The position numbers and the translations under genes were made by a program. The notes under the pieces are model-generated. The model did no database searches and was not told the origin of the DNA. It saw only the letters and a program-made list of their open reading frames with translations. A DNA stretch of 39,960 nucleotides, from positions 1 through 39,960 of the IMG/VR virus record IMGVR_UViG_3300008255_000053; one strand, written 5' to 3'. This DNA comes from a virus. Its lineage: Duplodnaviria; Caudoviricetes. Shown here in pieces: positions 18,165-28,191 of the stretch. Each line of letters opens with the position of its first letter. The first letter of the stretch is position 1.

Positions 18165-18261
18165 ACGTGTAATCTTAGTTAATAACTGAAGCTCTATCTT
18201 TCTTCAGACAGGATACTATCCTGCACCTTTCCCACCATTACTGATGGGAAAAAGCAGTACA

Positions 18262-18960
18262 CTATCGTACTATCCAACGTACTAATGTAGCTACGTCAGC
18301 TCCTGAGTTCGCAACGATTGCGTAACCTAGGTTCTGTGCGTCAAACGGCCCTTCGGCTGTAACTGCTACGATAACTTGTCCTTCAGTGTCGTCACCAGTA
18401 CTGAAACCAGCCCCAACAACCAAAGTGTTACCTGGCACAGCTCGTCCATCACCGTTGGTCAAAGCCCAACCATAGTCACCAGACGTAAAGGCAACTTGGT
18501 TTGAACCCTGACACATTTGTTTAGTAGAAGTAATAGCAGCCATTTCTACTTGTGACATCACAAGGTAAGTAAGGTCTGAGTCTGCTACTGCAAGTGCTGT
18601 GGTAAGTGCAGTTTCAGGTTGAAGTGTAAGAGTCGTCACGTTGTTTGTACGAATCTTAAACGTCTGACCTTCTCCTGTACCATCGTCTACGAGTCCGATA
18701 CCGTTTTCGTATGCACCAACAGTAAGACTGTTAGCTGCACGAGTAAGGTACACGATGCGTCCTTGGTTATCTGTTGAAGATGACCATAGGTCTGCGGCAG
18801 TAGCTGCAATCGGAACTACAGCCGCGCTGTTTGTCATGTTCTCGTTTGCGTGTACGTACTGCCATTCACGTCCATCAGGTGTGTAACCACGTTGCCCTAC
18901 GTCAAACTGACCTCGTGCAGTAGTTGTCTGATAAACGTCTTGAAAAGTTATTGTATTCAC
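18262..18960 (-). CDS. Putative capsid decoration / minor capsid protein
   Basis: GQRGYTPDGREWQYV and GDYGW motifs; downstream of the MCP. Confidence 0.55.
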   Translation of the reverse strand: MNTITFQDVYQTTTARGQFDVGQRGYTPDGREWQYVHANENMTNSAAVVPIAATAADLWSSSTDNQGRIVYLTRAANSLTVGAYENGIGLVDDGTGEGQTFKIRTNNVTTLTLQPETALTTALAVADSDLTYLVMSQVEMAAITSTKQMCQGSNQVAFTSGDYGWALTNGDGRAVPGNTLVVGAGFSTGDDTEGQVIVAVTAEGPFDAQNLGYAIVANSGADVATLVRWIVR

Positions 18961-19069
18961 GTTATTTCTAGATTTACTTATAATTCATTTCTTGAATACT
19001 TCGTAATCTGTTTTCAGCCTCCGATTCTTAGTCTTTGGCTATTTGGGGTAGCACCCCTTAGTTGTTAAT

Positions 19070-19513
19070 TTATGCAACGGTGAATGTTATAAACACACGT
19101 GCATTTCCTGCTGACGATGAGTCTACTACTACATTAGTACCTGCGGCAACTGTAGTGTTAGAAAGCGTTGTTGCTCCTACAGTTACACCTGCACTAGTAC
19201 CTTTTGCAATAGTACATACTACAGTAGCTGCTGGGTTCTCCACGGTGATGTTACCAGCAGTAGTATCTTGTGATACTAGGAACACTCCAGTAATTGTTAT
19301 AGCTGTGTCTAGTCCTGAAGCTCCGAATACTGATACTGCGGTAGTACCGTTAGTATCTGCTGCTACTGTAAAGTAGCCAGTCCCCGTAGATAGCTTTGCA
19401 CCAGTTACTGAACCATCCTCAATGTTTGAAGCGGTAATCGCTCCTTCTTCTATTTCGTCGCCTGCAACTAAGTTACCGTACTTGATTGCAGGAATGTATT
19501 GTTTTACTGCCAT
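19070..19513 (-). CDS. Virion structural protein
   Basis: IEDGSVTGAKL repeat motif plus a beta domain; follows the MCP. Confidence 0.55.
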   Translation of the reverse strand: MAVKQYIPAIKYGNLVAGDEIEEGAITASNIEDGSVTGAKLSTGTGYFTVAADTNGTTAVSVFGASGLDTAITITGVFLVSQDTTAGNITVENPAATVVCTIAKGTSAGVTVGATTLSNTTVAAGTNVVVDSSSAGNARVFITFTVA

Positions 19514-19573
19514 ATATTTCCTTTTGTTTCTGCCTCTCTTGTATACAAGGTTAAAGCCGAAATATATTACTTA

Positions 19574-20650
19574 TTAAGATGCTCCGTTGAGCTGTCCTTG
19601 TAGACGTGGCTCTGTAGCAATAAAGTCACCTGCGTAAATGAGGTAACCTACGTTAGTAAGCTGGTCTACTGGACTCATCATCTTGCGGAATTGGAATCCA
19701 CGAGTTGACTTCACGTTACCAGGTACTCCTGTTGGAACTGCGTCAGAAGTCTGACGGAAGTTCACAGTCATAATGTTCTGGTCTTGGTAGTTGAATCCTA
19801 CGAATCCAAATCCCTTCGTGTTTGAGATAAAGAACTTACCTGATGGTACCTGTTCGTCTTTTGCAATACCTGTTCCTCGGAAAGATAGGTACACAAAGCC
19901 TTGGTCGGCACCATTACCTGCGTTTGTTGGTACTCCACCCCATGCGTTCATCTTTGGATACCCTGAGGTAGAGAAGTTTGCGCGCACATTTGGAGTAAGA
20001 AGTGACTCATATGTTGACCACAATGCCTTAGTCGTTAGAGCAAGGTTTGGTGTGTCAGTACCGATTGTTACTGCGTCCCATGCAGTTGCAAGTTTCGCAA
20101 GAGTAATTGCACCAGTTGATGCAAGGTAGTAACCCTCCCATGCACTGTATGTGGTACGTGACAAGTCACCATACGTGTTAAATAGAGTTGAGTCGGCTGC
20201 TGCGTTAGCGAGCGAGTCCCAGTCATTACCTACACCGTTACCAGTGTAAAGGTTTTCTGCCATTAAGTTCATAAGAGACTGTGCTTGAGAGTCAAATTCT
20301 GTGTCTAAGAGGTCAACAATTTGCTCATCTCCCATGTTTGCTGTTGTCTCAGCGATTGCGACAACCACTGGCTTGTAAGCCATTTTAAGGTTGAAGTTTG
20401 TACGTACACGTACGTTCTGGCGGTCAGTGTCTAGCTTATCTGCTACACCTGAGTTACCACCGTTTGTAGTGTCTTGGTACTTGATTGGGAACTGGAATGA
20501 AGTACCAGATGTCCAATTCTTCCCAAGTTCACCTTTTCCTGTTCCTTGTAGGAACGTCATCAAGCCTGGTGAACCAGTTGTAACCTCGTCGTATACACGC
20601 TTGAGGATGAATTCACGAGTTGTAGTCGTGACTGCTGCGTTAAATATCAT
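19574..20650 (-). CDS. Major capsid protein
   Basis: 358 aa, after the scaffold; LYTGNG and C-terminal PRLQGQL, typical of HK97-fold capsids. Confidence 0.85.
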   Translation of the reverse strand: MIFNAAVTTTTREFILKRVYDEVTTGSPGLMTFLQGTGKGELGKNWTSGTSFQFPIKYQDTTNGGNSGVADKLDTDRQNVRVRTNFNLKMAYKPVVVAIAETTANMGDEQIVDLLDTEFDSQAQSLMNLMAENLYTGNGVGNDWDSLANAAADSTLFNTYGDLSRTTYSAWEGYYLASTGAITLAKLATAWDAVTIGTDTPNLALTTKALWSTYESLLTPNVRANFSTSGYPKMNAWGGVPTNAGNGADQGFVYLSFRGTGIAKDEQVPSGKFFISNTKGFGFVGFNYQDQNIMTVNFRQTSDAVPTGVPGNVKSTRGFQFRKMMSPVDQLTNVGYLIYAGDFIATEPRLQGQLNGAS

Positions 20651-20668
20651 GTTGCTAATTTACTAATC

Positions 20669-21385
20669 CTACTTACCACTCGCCTTGAGAGCTGCCAAGT
20701 ATTCTTGAGAGCTTGCAAATTGTGATGGTTCTGGTCGGCTGCCTGTGGCACCTGGAGAAGTTGAAACAGGGTCTGTACGTTTTGCGACGTTAGCAGATGT
20801 CTGTTTCTGTACCTTCTTTGCCAGTAGTCCCATATCTTTCATATTCTGGTGAGCAAGCTTCAAGTCACGGAAACCGTACTTGTTAGCATGTTGGAATAAT
20901 GTGTTTTCGTTCAGCGATGGGTCAGCTTTCTTAACTTCGGCAAGCTGTTGCTCAACCATTGTCTCGACTGCCCTTTCCTGTTCAATACGTTGCTGTTCCT
21001 TTGCTTCCATTTTGTCGAACATTCGTTTCTCAAGTAGTTCAGCAAGTTCTGCTGCATCTTTCGGAACGTAGTTCGGGTCAGAAAGTGGGTCTGTAGGTTT
21101 GTTGTTAATGTTCTCTTTTTCCGCAAGAGCTTGAGACTTTCGTGTGTAATCTGGCAAGAAGTTTTCTTTCCATTCACGAGTAAGTGTCTCTGCGTCCACC
21201 TTTCTACCGTCAGGAAGCTCATAAAGAGTTTCTTCTGGTTCAGATGATATAACTTCCTCCTCTTCTTCGGCTGGAGTCTCCGTTTCCTCAATTTCCTCAC
21301 TTGGTGTTTCCTCGGTTTCAGTCTCTACACTGATGTTTCCCGATTCCTCACTGGGAGCAACTGAGATGCTTTCTTCTTCAGGCAT
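20669..21385 (-). CDS. Capsid scaffolding protein
   Basis: Acidic N-terminus, DYTRKSQALAE motif, between portal and MCP. Confidence 0.85.
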   Translation of the reverse strand: MPEEESISVAPSEESGNISVETETEETPSEEIEETETPAEEEEEVISSEPEETLYELPDGRKVDAETLTREWKENFLPDYTRKSQALAEKENINNKPTDPLSDPNYVPKDAAELAELLEKRMFDKMEAKEQQRIEQERAVETMVEQQLAEVKKADPSLNENTLFQHANKYGFRDLKLAHQNMKDMGLLAKKVQKQTSANVAKRTDPVSTSPGATGSRPEPSQFASSQEYLAALKASGK

Positions 21386-21496
21386 GATAGATGCGACTGC
21401 CCCTTCTTTACTTGGCCTTTCGGCTGAAAAGAATTGCTTGGTCGAATTATGCTTTTAATGTGCGCGACTTTTAAGGTCTTTCGCCAGGACACGTAC

Positions 21497-21664
21497 TTAA
21501 CTAAATCGTTCTTTTGCTTCGTTCAACGCGATTGCTTGCATTTGAGCAGTTGAAACTGGTCTACGTGGGTTTGACTTTGAAACTGGTGCATGGGTGTTAC
21601 GCCGAACACCCTTCTCTTTAATCTCTTTGAACTTCCTATTTAAGAATTTCTGTTTTGCATTCAT
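21497..21664 (-). CDS. Small basic protein (55 aa)
   Basis: Manual ORF MNAKQKF...QAIALNEAKERFS with ATGA overlap on the portal stop. Confidence 0.65.
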   Translation of the reverse strand: MNAKQKFLNRKFKEIKEKGVRRNTHAPVSKSNPRRPVSTAQMQAIALNEAKERFS

Positions 21665-23730
21665 ACAGTTGTTTCTACTTTCTTTTCAACAGTTCCCTGT
21701 TCTGTCTTTTTCTTTGTTTCAATCTCTCTCGTCTTTTCTTGTCTGTCAGCCATCTTCTCAGCAAGTAAAACATTTGGGTCTGCGTCTATGCCAATGCTTG
21801 CAAGTAACTGAATCTGTGCATCAGGAGGAAGGTCACTATAATTTATAGACACAGAAGGCGGTTTCTTTTCCTCTTCCTGTTGAGGTGGCGCAAGTTGTGC
21901 GGCTTCTTCAGGGTCAATGCCTGTAGCGATAATAGGGTTAATCTTGTATTTAACAGCGTTCTGGGAAAGTTCCTTTGAGTTGTCGTACTGTGCAATCTCA
22001 AGGTAATCAGTAGGGGAGATGTAACCGTTTTTAACGTCGTTCTGTGCTTGCTCAAACTTGAATTCATCATCAACAGGTAGTGTTTTTCCTGCAATGATAG
22101 TTACTTCTGAACCTTCCTCGAAGTCGTCTTGGATAAGCTCAATAACCTCTCTAGCTCCTTCTTTACCCATCCATTTAGCATAGTGATACTCAGTGTAGCG
22201 AGTCTTACCAAGCTGCATACTCCAGCTAAACATTTCGTGGTACATGAAGTCTACTACCTGTACAAGCTCGTTTAAGCGTAGATATGACTGTTGAATGAGT
22301 GCCAAGCGTCCTGCCTTAGTCTCCTGTCCTTCCCGTTCCCCTCGGAAAGCCGAAGACGCAGCCATGATGTTGTCAATCTCGTTGCGTGAATCAATCATAT
22401 CCTCACGTACAAAGGCTGGAAGCGGTGTGCCCATTTCACGGGTAACACCAGCGTTGACACCCTTACCCCATATGATTCCCTTTGTTTCAAAGCGGATACG
22501 TTGTGCGTCATTTTTAGGCATTACCGACGCGTCAACTTTGAGCATTCCGTTTACTAGCTCTGCGTTCTCATCAATGTCCATCTTTCGCTTGTCGATGTTC
22601 CTTTGAAGCTCAGCTGAAAGAGTAATCATGTCAGTACGTCCGATTGGTGTGTTTTCGTTATTGAAGATAGTTGCAAACATGTACGGCTTGCGTGGACTAT
22701 CAAAATAGTTGAAGAAGTATGGGTGGTACTCAGGAGAAACAATTTCTTCTGGTGACGTAGCTCCTTCAGTAGGCTCAATGTCTCCTTCTGGTACTTCTTC
22801 CTTCGGCATTACAAACGACTTGAAAGACTCAATACCTTTTTCAATCACTCCTTTTTCTTCTACTGGTTCTTCCGCTACAGGTTGTCGGTTGTCTTGGTCA
22901 AGCTTAATCTGTTGCAAATAGTCACGGCGTTGCTCTCCTTCTAGCTGTTCTAACTGTTCTTCCTCCTCATCGGTAATCAAGATGCCGTCCCAGTCCCAAT
23001 ATGGGTTTTTAATACAGTCAAGAACAATGTTGTCGAGTTTGAAAATAACATAGTCTTGAATCCACGCTTCCTTGTATTTAACGTCAGGGTTTCTAATGTA
23101 CATCTGACGTTCTCCTTCCTCACCGTAAAACCCATACTTTTCCATGAGTTCTTTCTTCTTTTTAGGGAAGCGTTCAACAACAGCACAAAGGTTATCCTCT
23201 ATTTCTTCAATAACGAACTCCGAGTCTTGTTCTTTACGAGCATACTTACCGATACGAATCTTTGTGGGGTCAATAGCCCTAAAATCAAAGTCACCGTTGT
23301 CTCCAAGTAGTGGGTTCCAAAATGCCTTGATAACGATAAGACGTGAGAAGTAAAGGTTGCGTAGTCCCATACGCATCACCTCTTTTACGTTCAAGTCTGT
23401 GTATTTCTTTCGGAAGTAGCTTTCTAGTTTGCGTGCAAAATCCTGTGCTTCGATACCGTCACGAGCAGGGAGTATGTTGAGTCCAGGAGGGTTAGCAATG
23501 AGTGAGTTAATAACCGACTCCATGTTAGGAAAGATTCGGTTTGCTTGTACACGCCAACTTCTACGTCGTTCTGAGATTCTGCCAAGCCAATCAGCTTTGT
23601 TCTCGTACAATGCTTTGTTGTCACGAGTGACACGTCCCACTACTTCCCACAGTTCATCAGACGAAGACCATCGGCTTTCAACCAATGCTGCTTTTTCTGA
23701 ATCTGTGTATTGCGTTAAGTCTAATTTCAT
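21661..23730 (-). CDS. Portal protein (P22-like) with an acidic insertion
   Basis: 689 aa after terL; NRIFPNMESVI, QRNIDKR, GQETKAG motifs. Confidence 0.85.
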   Translation of the reverse strand: MKLDLTQYTDSEKAALVESRWSSSDELWEVVGRVTRDNKALYENKADWLGRISERRRSWRVQANRIFPNMESVINSLIANPPGLNILPARDGIEAQDFARKLESYFRKKYTDLNVKEVMRMGLRNLYFSRLIVIKAFWNPLLGDNGDFDFRAIDPTKIRIGKYARKEQDSEFVIEEIEDNLCAVVERFPKKKKELMEKYGFYGEEGERQMYIRNPDVKYKEAWIQDYVIFKLDNIVLDCIKNPYWDWDGILITDEEEEQLEQLEGEQRRDYLQQIKLDQDNRQPVAEEPVEEKGVIEKGIESFKSFVMPKEEVPEGDIEPTEGATSPEEIVSPEYHPYFFNYFDSPRKPYMFATIFNNENTPIGRTDMITLSAELQRNIDKRKMDIDENAELVNGMLKVDASVMPKNDAQRIRFETKGIIWGKGVNAGVTREMGTPLPAFVREDMIDSRNEIDNIMAASSAFRGEREGQETKAGRLALIQQSYLRLNELVQVVDFMYHEMFSWSMQLGKTRYTEYHYAKWMGKEGAREVIELIQDDFEEGSEVTIIAGKTLPVDDEFKFEQAQNDVKNGYISPTDYLEIAQYDNSKELSQNAVKYKINPIIATGIDPEEAAQLAPPQQEEEKKPPSVSINYSDLPPDAQIQLLASIGIDADPNVLLAEKMADRQEKTREIETKKKTEQGTVEKKVETTV

Positions 23731-23733
23731 ATG

Positions 23734-23767
23734 AAAAAAGACGGCACCCTGAAATAAGGATGCCGCC
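23734..23767 (-). terminator. Terminator/attenuator directly before the portal ATG
   Basis: GGCGGCATCCT/AGGGTGCCGTC stem followed by T6. Confidence 0.8.
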
Positions 23768-23798
23768 CGTGGTTTGGGTTTGGCGATATGTACGTATA

Positions 23799-23826
23799 AT
23801 TATATATGATGTAATAATTTGTGCAA
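23799..23826 (-). promoter_or_regulatory. Sigma70-type promoter for head genes
   Basis: TTGCAC-16-TATAAT. Confidence 0.65.
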
Positions 23827-23831
23827 GCTGT

Positions 23832-24077
23832 CTAGTTGTGTTTCCTTGAATAAAGTGTATCGGCTCTCTGAATTGTCTGTAGTGTGCCTTCTGAATCAAA
23901 GTGTAAAGCAACACTACCGTTCACTATTGAGAACACCCCAGCATCAATCATAGTGGCTATCGGCTTGTAGTATTGTTGGAATACTTGCCAACGTACAGCT
24001 TCAGGTGTTGTTATGATTATTTTTACTTCATCCTTCATATGATTCGTCGAATTGTAATGATACATCATAATTTCCAT
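23832..24077 (-). CDS. Hypothetical protein
   Basis: ORF between terL and portal; true start probably at MKDEVK. Confidence 0.6.
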   Translation of the reverse strand: MEIMMYHYNSTNHMKDEVKIIITTPEAVRWQVFQQYYKPIATMIDAGVFSIVNGSVALHFDSEGTLQTIQRADTLYSRKHN

Positions 24078-25587
24078 CTGAGTCTATAACAGATGGTCTA
24101 TTTTCATTTGACTCTCCGTAGAATACACCAGCACCACTACCGAGCATAGCTAGGTATGAATACAAATCGCTCATCACAAAATGGTCTTCACCTGTTGTAG
24201 AACCCCAAATATACCTCTCTATACCTTTGTTATTAACGACCTTTTCACGTCGTAGTGTTTCAAAGTGTTTTATGTATAACCTAAACATTTCGTCAGATTC
24301 AACACCAATAAGCCATTTAGCTTCTGCCATTCCAGTAAGAAATTGGTCAAGGATACGGTCACGGAAAGAGTACACAATTCCTTTCTTGTCTCCTTCACCC
24401 CACCACACAAGTATCTGAGGATTGTTGCTGTTTTCTTGAAAGTACGACATCTGCATAAATGGATACGTTTCCACTATGTACTTTGAAAGTGTCGTGTTTG
24501 GCATTGCATCTATCACACCTGCCGTTGGCTTCCAAAACTTTATGATGTCGTCTAGCTCTGAGTCCTTTGTAAATCTTCCAAGTTTGAGAAGTCCCTTATC
24601 TGAACGAACGACATAGTATTTTATGTTTCCTACATCTACCCCTAAGTAAATGTTTCCAGTCCTCAAGTCCTTTGGAGTCCACAAATCAAGTATCGTAGTC
24701 TTTGATACCGATAAGTCCCCAGGAGAGTATGGTCTACCAAGCACGAAGTTGTTGAAGTATGCAGGGTCGCCTTCTGCGTCTGCTAACACTTCTTCTGCAC
24801 TAATATCAGCACACATCATGTGTGTGATTCTGTACCCACTTATCTTAGAGCCTGGATTCTGTGCTACCCACTCTCCCTTTCTCCTTACGTCATCACTAAT
24901 CGGTTCTTTACAAGCACGACATACGTATATCTTTTTCTCCAAGTCAAAGCTCTCTGGGTAAATTAGGTCATGTTTATCGTTACAGTGAGGACATGTAATA
25001 ATCCACTCCTTCTGGTCTGACTTCTGGTGGTTCAAGTCAAGCTCGTCGCGCTCTGCACCTGGGTTTGAAAAGAGCCAGCGTCCTTTATACTTGCTTGCTT
25101 TGGTACGAGACTTGTATGTGTTGATGGCTCCTTGGTCTGAACGTGATACCTCATCGTGAATAAGAATGTCTGCTGTAGTGGAAATAGGAGCCGTCTTAGA
25201 CACCGTACCTTTGAAGAAGACGAAACGGTCATTGAGTTCCTTACGAAATACGTTATCAGATTCCATACCTGAGAACTCAGACTCGTTCGCTTGGAGTATC
25301 TTGTTGAACTTTGAAGAAACAAACTCATTAACGTCCGAGTCTGTCGGCATAGTGTAGATTACGTTGAAGTGTAGGTGCTTTACTGCGAATAACGTCTTCA
25401 GTGAAAAGGTAACACTCTTACCAACCTGAGCACACGCCATTACTACAATGCTCGGTGAGAAGTCGGTAAGTATGTCTAATAGGAACGGTCTGTCATAGTA
25501 GCTGAATGGTTCTCCCTTTTCAGATACTATTCCACGCTCAGTAAGCCACTGAAGGATTGAGAAGTATTGCTTATCATTTTTTTGCAT
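24028..25587 (-). CDS. terL: Terminase large subunit (GpA-like)
   Basis: Walker A AQVGKS, Walker B ILIHDE, FSNP, CPHC/CRAC, nuclease GVDVG. Confidence 0.92.
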   Translation of the reverse strand: MQKNDKQYFSILQWLTERGIVSEKGEPFSYYDRPFLLDILTDFSPSIVVMACAQVGKSVTFSLKTLFAVKHLHFNVIYTMPTDSDVNEFVSSKFNKILQANESEFSGMESDNVFRKELNDRFVFFKGTVSKTAPISTTADILIHDEVSRSDQGAINTYKSRTKASKYKGRWLFSNPGAERDELDLNHQKSDQKEWIITCPHCNDKHDLIYPESFDLEKKIYVCRACKEPISDDVRRKGEWVAQNPGSKISGYRITHMMCADISAEEVLADAEGDPAYFNNFVLGRPYSPGDLSVSKTTILDLWTPKDLRTGNIYLGVDVGNIKYYVVRSDKGLLKLGRFTKDSELDDIIKFWKPTAGVIDAMPNTTLSKYIVETYPFMQMSYFQENSNNPQILVWWGEGDKKGIVYSFRDRILDQFLTGMAEAKWLIGVESDEMFRLYIKHFETLRREKVVNNKGIERYIWGSTTGEDHFVMSDLYSYLAMLGSGAGVFYGESNENRPSVIDSDGNYDVSLQFDESYEG

Positions 25588-25596
25588 GTGTAGTGT

Positions 25597-27156
25597 TTAC
25601 TTCTCTGCATGGTCTTCGTCTTCATTAACTATTGCAACCTCCATTGTCACTAAGTCTGATGTAACAGCAACCGCACTTTCAAGTGCAAGGCGTGTCACCT
25701 TGAATGGGTCGATTATTCCTCCGATAAACATATCTCTTATACGCTTTTCTTTGAAGTCATATCCCCAGTATTTTAAGTTATCAAACTTAGTTGAACTATC
25801 AGTGAATATAGTCTTTCTTGTGAAGATTGTTACTCCAGCATTTAATGCCATTTGTTTTATTGGAGAAAGAAGTGCCCTCCTAATCATTGGCTCGTTTATG
25901 TTTTTTGATACATAGTTCAAAGCACTTCCGCCACCTGGCAATATCCCTTCTTGCAATGCAGCTTGAGTAGCGTTGATACCGTTCTCAAATTTGTACTTCT
26001 TTGCGTTGAAGTCTGTATCAGTGTAAGCACCCACACGAATGACCCCAATTCCCCCTGTAAGCGCCGCTAGACGGTCTTCAAGCATCTTCTTCTCATAATC
26101 ACTGGTTGTGCCTTCTAAGTCGCTCTGAATCGCTTTTATGCGGTCTTTTGGCTCTCCCTTACCTCCTATGATAGTAGTGGTGTCTTTTGTCACGATAACC
26201 TTTTCAGCTCGTCCACATACTTCTTTAGTCTGTGTGTCAAGTTTCATTCCCGTTTCTTCACTGACGACAGTAGCACCTGTAAGAGCTGCCATGTCAAATA
26301 AGAAGTCACGTCCACGGCTTGCTGAATATGGGTTACGAACACAAGCAATGTTAGCAATCTTGTTGACTGCGTTCTGTGCAAGGGTAGCTAGAGCAACACT
26401 TTCAATGTCGTCTGCTACGAATAGGATACTCTTACCTGTACCTATTGAGTTGAGCAAAGACAATACCTGTTCGTTTGTGCTTACTTTACGGTCAATCAGG
26501 ACAATGTATGGGTCTTCAAGCACTGTTTGCTTGTTCTCATGGTCATTGATAAAGAATGGACTGATAAGTCCTTTGTCAAAACGTGCGCCTTTTACTACTT
26601 CCTTGGTGTATCCTAGCTTTGAACCCTTTTCCACAGTTACCACTCCAGTAGCACCTACTTCTTTAATAATTTCTGCAATGAGCTTGGCCACTTCTGGGTC
26701 TAGGCTTGAAATAGCGGCAATCTTTTCAATGTCTTCTTCCTTAACTTCACGCTTGAGCTTCGATAGTTCTGCAATTACTTCTTCTAGCCCTGCTTCAAGG
26801 CGTTCCCGCACTTCACGAATCTTTGAACTGTCCTCTCCGATTTCTTTGAATGCTTCGTTCACGAGTGCTTGAGTCAATACGGTTGTAGTAGCAGTACCAT
26901 CACCACCTTTGCGTGATGTCCTTAGTGCTGCTTGGCGTAGCATCTCTAATCCCATGTTTTCGTATGGGTCTTTGAAGTCTAAGTTGCGTAACACGGTAAC
27001 ACCATCGTCACATAAGACTGGTTCAAGTCCCTTGAACTCAATCAAAGCTGTCATTCCAACTACACCAAGAGTTGGCTTCACGGCTTCTGCTGCGTTGTCA
27101 ATACCAGCTTTTACTTTTAATCGTGCTTTGTGTCCTGTAAGAATTATTTTTGACAT
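25597..27156 (-). CDS. groEL: Chaperonin GroEL-like
   Basis: DDGVTV, GDGTATTTVL, GVVTVE, FDKGLISPFF, PGGG, IIDPFKV. Confidence 0.95.
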   Translation of the reverse strand: MSKIILTGHKARLKVKAGIDNAAEAVKPTLGVVGMTALIEFKGLEPVLCDDGVTVLRNLDFKDPYENMGLEMLRQAALRTSRKGGDGTATTTVLTQALVNEAFKEIGEDSSKIREVRERLEAGLEEVIAELSKLKREVKEEDIEKIAAISSLDPEVAKLIAEIIKEVGATGVVTVEKGSKLGYTKEVVKGARFDKGLISPFFINDHENKQTVLEDPYIVLIDRKVSTNEQVLSLLNSIGTGKSILFVADDIESVALATLAQNAVNKIANIACVRNPYSASRGRDFLFDMAALTGATVVSEETGMKLDTQTKEVCGRAEKVIVTKDTTTIIGGKGEPKDRIKAIQSDLEGTTSDYEKKMLEDRLAALTGGIGVIRVGAYTDTDFNAKKYKFENGINATQAALQEGILPGGGSALNYVSKNINEPMIRRALLSPIKQMALNAGVTIFTRKTIFTDSSTKFDNLKYWGYDFKEKRIRDMFIGGIIDPFKVTRLALESAVAVTSDLVTMEVAIVNEDEDHAEK

Positions 27157-27159
27157 AAC

Positions 27160-27498
27160 TTATTTTCCGTAGTTCTTATTGTTAATATTTTTAATGTTTT
27201 CTTTGTGTAATTTAACTAACTCATTTATTTTTTTGTTTCTTTCGTCTTGTAAAGCTCCCAAGCCTTCTGAAGAAGTAACGACTACTGGTTTATATGCAAA
27301 CGCACCCCATCTTTCCCATTCATATCCAGGAGTAAGAGCTATCAAGTATTCTTCTATAAGTATACTTTCTGACATTGGTTTCTTCTTCATTATAAAAGAA
27401 AATCCTTTTTCAATACCGTCTATTGGGTATTCTTTTACGTTATCATGAGTCTTCATCCACTCCTGTGCGCTTGCCTTATCTATCTTTCCAATCTTCAT
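27160..27498 (-). CDS. Hypothetical protein between groES and groEL
   Basis: 112 aa AT-rich ORF with ATGA overlap. Confidence 0.7.
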   Translation of the reverse strand: MKIGKIDKASAQEWMKTHDNVKEYPIDGIEKGFSFIMKKKPMSESILIEEYLIALTPGYEWERWGAFAYKPVVVTSSEGLGALQDERNKKINELVKLHKENIKNINNKNYGK

Positions 27499-27746
27499 AT
27501 AGTCGCTAATATATCGTCGCCGTTAACAAGTTTGTACAACGTGCCTTCGTGTTTTACTTCGTGTGTGTCAGGAGAATATTTGGCAAAGTATATAGTATCG
27601 CCAACTTTTACATTTGTAATGTCTCCAACAAACTTCACTTCTCCTTTGTAGAGTGAGTCGTCTTGAATCTCTACTGCGGCAAATCCTTCTGTTCGTTCCT
27701 CTTTTTCTACTGGAACTACTGCTACTCTGTTTCCTATTATATTCAT
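27495..27746 (-). CDS. groES: Co-chaperonin GroES-like
   Basis: GNRVAV, GEVKFVG, VKVGDTIYFAKY, DDILA. Confidence 0.9.
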   Translation of the reverse strand: MNIIGNRVAVVPVEKEERTEGFAAVEIQDDSLYKGEVKFVGDITNVKVGDTIYFAKYSPDTHEVKHEGTLYKLVNGDDILATI

Positions 27747-27747
27747 A

Positions 27748-28191
27748 TTACTTTTTGTTATACGCTATATTAAAACCTGTCTCGAATGGTTGCAGCACGT
27801 CGACGGCATGTTTTGCTCTGTCTTGTGCTATCTTTTTAGACTTATAAAAATACTTATCTCGTAAGTGGTCAGTGATAAGGCGTTGGCACCAATGACCTTT
27901 GAAACACTTGGTACGGTAGAAAGCTATCTGCTGCTTTGAATTGCTCCAGTCTTGTTCTACTTCCTTGAATGCTTCTGCTAAAAAATCCTTCTTGCATGTC
28001 TGACAATAGAACGCTTTAAGCTCTTTTGGTGCGGCTGCTCTGATGTCTTGTTCTCTTTGAGCTAACGACTTGTTCTTGTCGTGGTAGTAGCTTCTGTCAT
28101 CACTACGTTTCTCTTGTGCTTCTATAAGCGCACGGATATGGTAGTGGTCTTCAATCTGTGGGCGTGGTGTGTAGTCGTAGCTTCTACTCAT
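27748..28191 (-). CDS. Zn-binding hypothetical protein
   Basis: CQTC...CFKGHWC. Confidence 0.7.
   Translation of the reverse strand: MSRSYDYTPRPQIEDHYHIRALIEAQEKRSDDRSYYHDKNKSLAQREQDIRAAAPKELKAFYCQTCKKDFLAEAFKEVEQDWSNSKQQIAFYRTKCFKGHWCQRLITDHLRDKYFYKSKKIAQDRAKHAVDVLQPFETGFNIAYNKK

Noticed and set aside
8075-27172. Numerous plus-strand ORFs antisense to structural genes
   Set aside because: Shadow ORFs arising from codon bias of the minus-strand genes
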